DNA of 48,777 nucleotides from assembly GCA_903839905.1 (NCBI GenBank), contig CAIMDX010000020.1, forward strand, positions 1-48,777. The letters run 5' to 3'. This document shows positions 48,716 to 48,777 of the stretch, piece after piece; positions within the stretch are counted from its first letter, which is position 1, and each line of letters starts with the position of its first letter. The DNA is from an uncultured bacterium (lineage in GTDB: Bacteria > Patescibacteriota > Minisyncoccia > Minisyncoccales > JAQTVQ01). The notes beneath the pieces were generated by a model. It was not told where the DNA came from. It did not search any database and saw nothing but the letters and a program-made list of their open reading frames with translations. A program made the translations under genes and the position numbers.

Positions 48716-48777
48716 AAAATTTCTAATTAACCTAATTTCTAAACAAATCCCAAACCCCAATGTCCAAATCCCAAATA
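48716..48777. repeat. Start of another low-complexity word element (truncated by the window edge)
   Basis: AATTTCTAATTAACCTAATTTCTAAACAAATCCCAAACCCCAATGTCCAAATCCCAAATA reuses the words seen at 37041-37090 and 46791-46830. Confidence 0.6.

Overview
This is a 48.8-kb, AT-rich, gene-dense bacterial fragment. Small housekeeping genes, archaeal-type cofactor enzymes, giant surface proteins and a membrane-anchored Clp ATPase are consistent with a reduced-genome Patescibacteria/CPR-like organism; this is inference and was not verified. Coding is strongly strand-polarised: almost everything from 0.3 to 35.0 kb is on the minus strand and almost everything from 35.4 to 48.1 kb is on the plus strand.

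Recognisable content:
- Phosphate uptake: PiT plus a DUF47/PhoU-like protein.
- Two GT4 glycosyltransferases.
- Housekeeping genes: HtrA, HU, RNase Y, ClpP, trigger factor, NusA, CCA-adding enzyme, YraN, a YloV-like DAK2/DegV fusion and a thiolase.
- Archaeal-type RibL-like FAD synthase and DUF359 dephospho-CoA kinase.
- Two type II toxin-antitoxin pairs: RHH-MazF and RelB-YafQ.
- Nine tRNA or tRNA-like genes.

Main non-standard content:
1. A 12-kb minus-strand locus (18.0-30.4 kb) of giant modular secreted proteins. It includes an RCC1 propeller, FN3-like modules, a novel 7-repeat region and a tail-fibre-like beta-helix. Two of the proteins end in the same PIPRWKETSPF tail.
2. A phased array of about 13 copies of TG(T/A)CGCG(C/A) in the nusA-tig spacer.
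3. A family of CCTGCC-N4-GGCAGG hairpins, apparently inserted at different points of a second repeat, embedded in long low-complexity palindromes.
4. A small accessory island next to tRNA-His, built from reiterated terminator and TGGTAGAAT promoter modules.
5. Two aberrant tRNAs: Gly-UCC with A18/G55, and a degenerate Ala-CGC followed by a duplicate of its 3' end.
6. An 844-bp gap after clpP holding tiny ORFs preceded by Shine-Dalgarno (SD) sequences.

All calls come from reading the sequence and the supplied ORF track. No database search was run.
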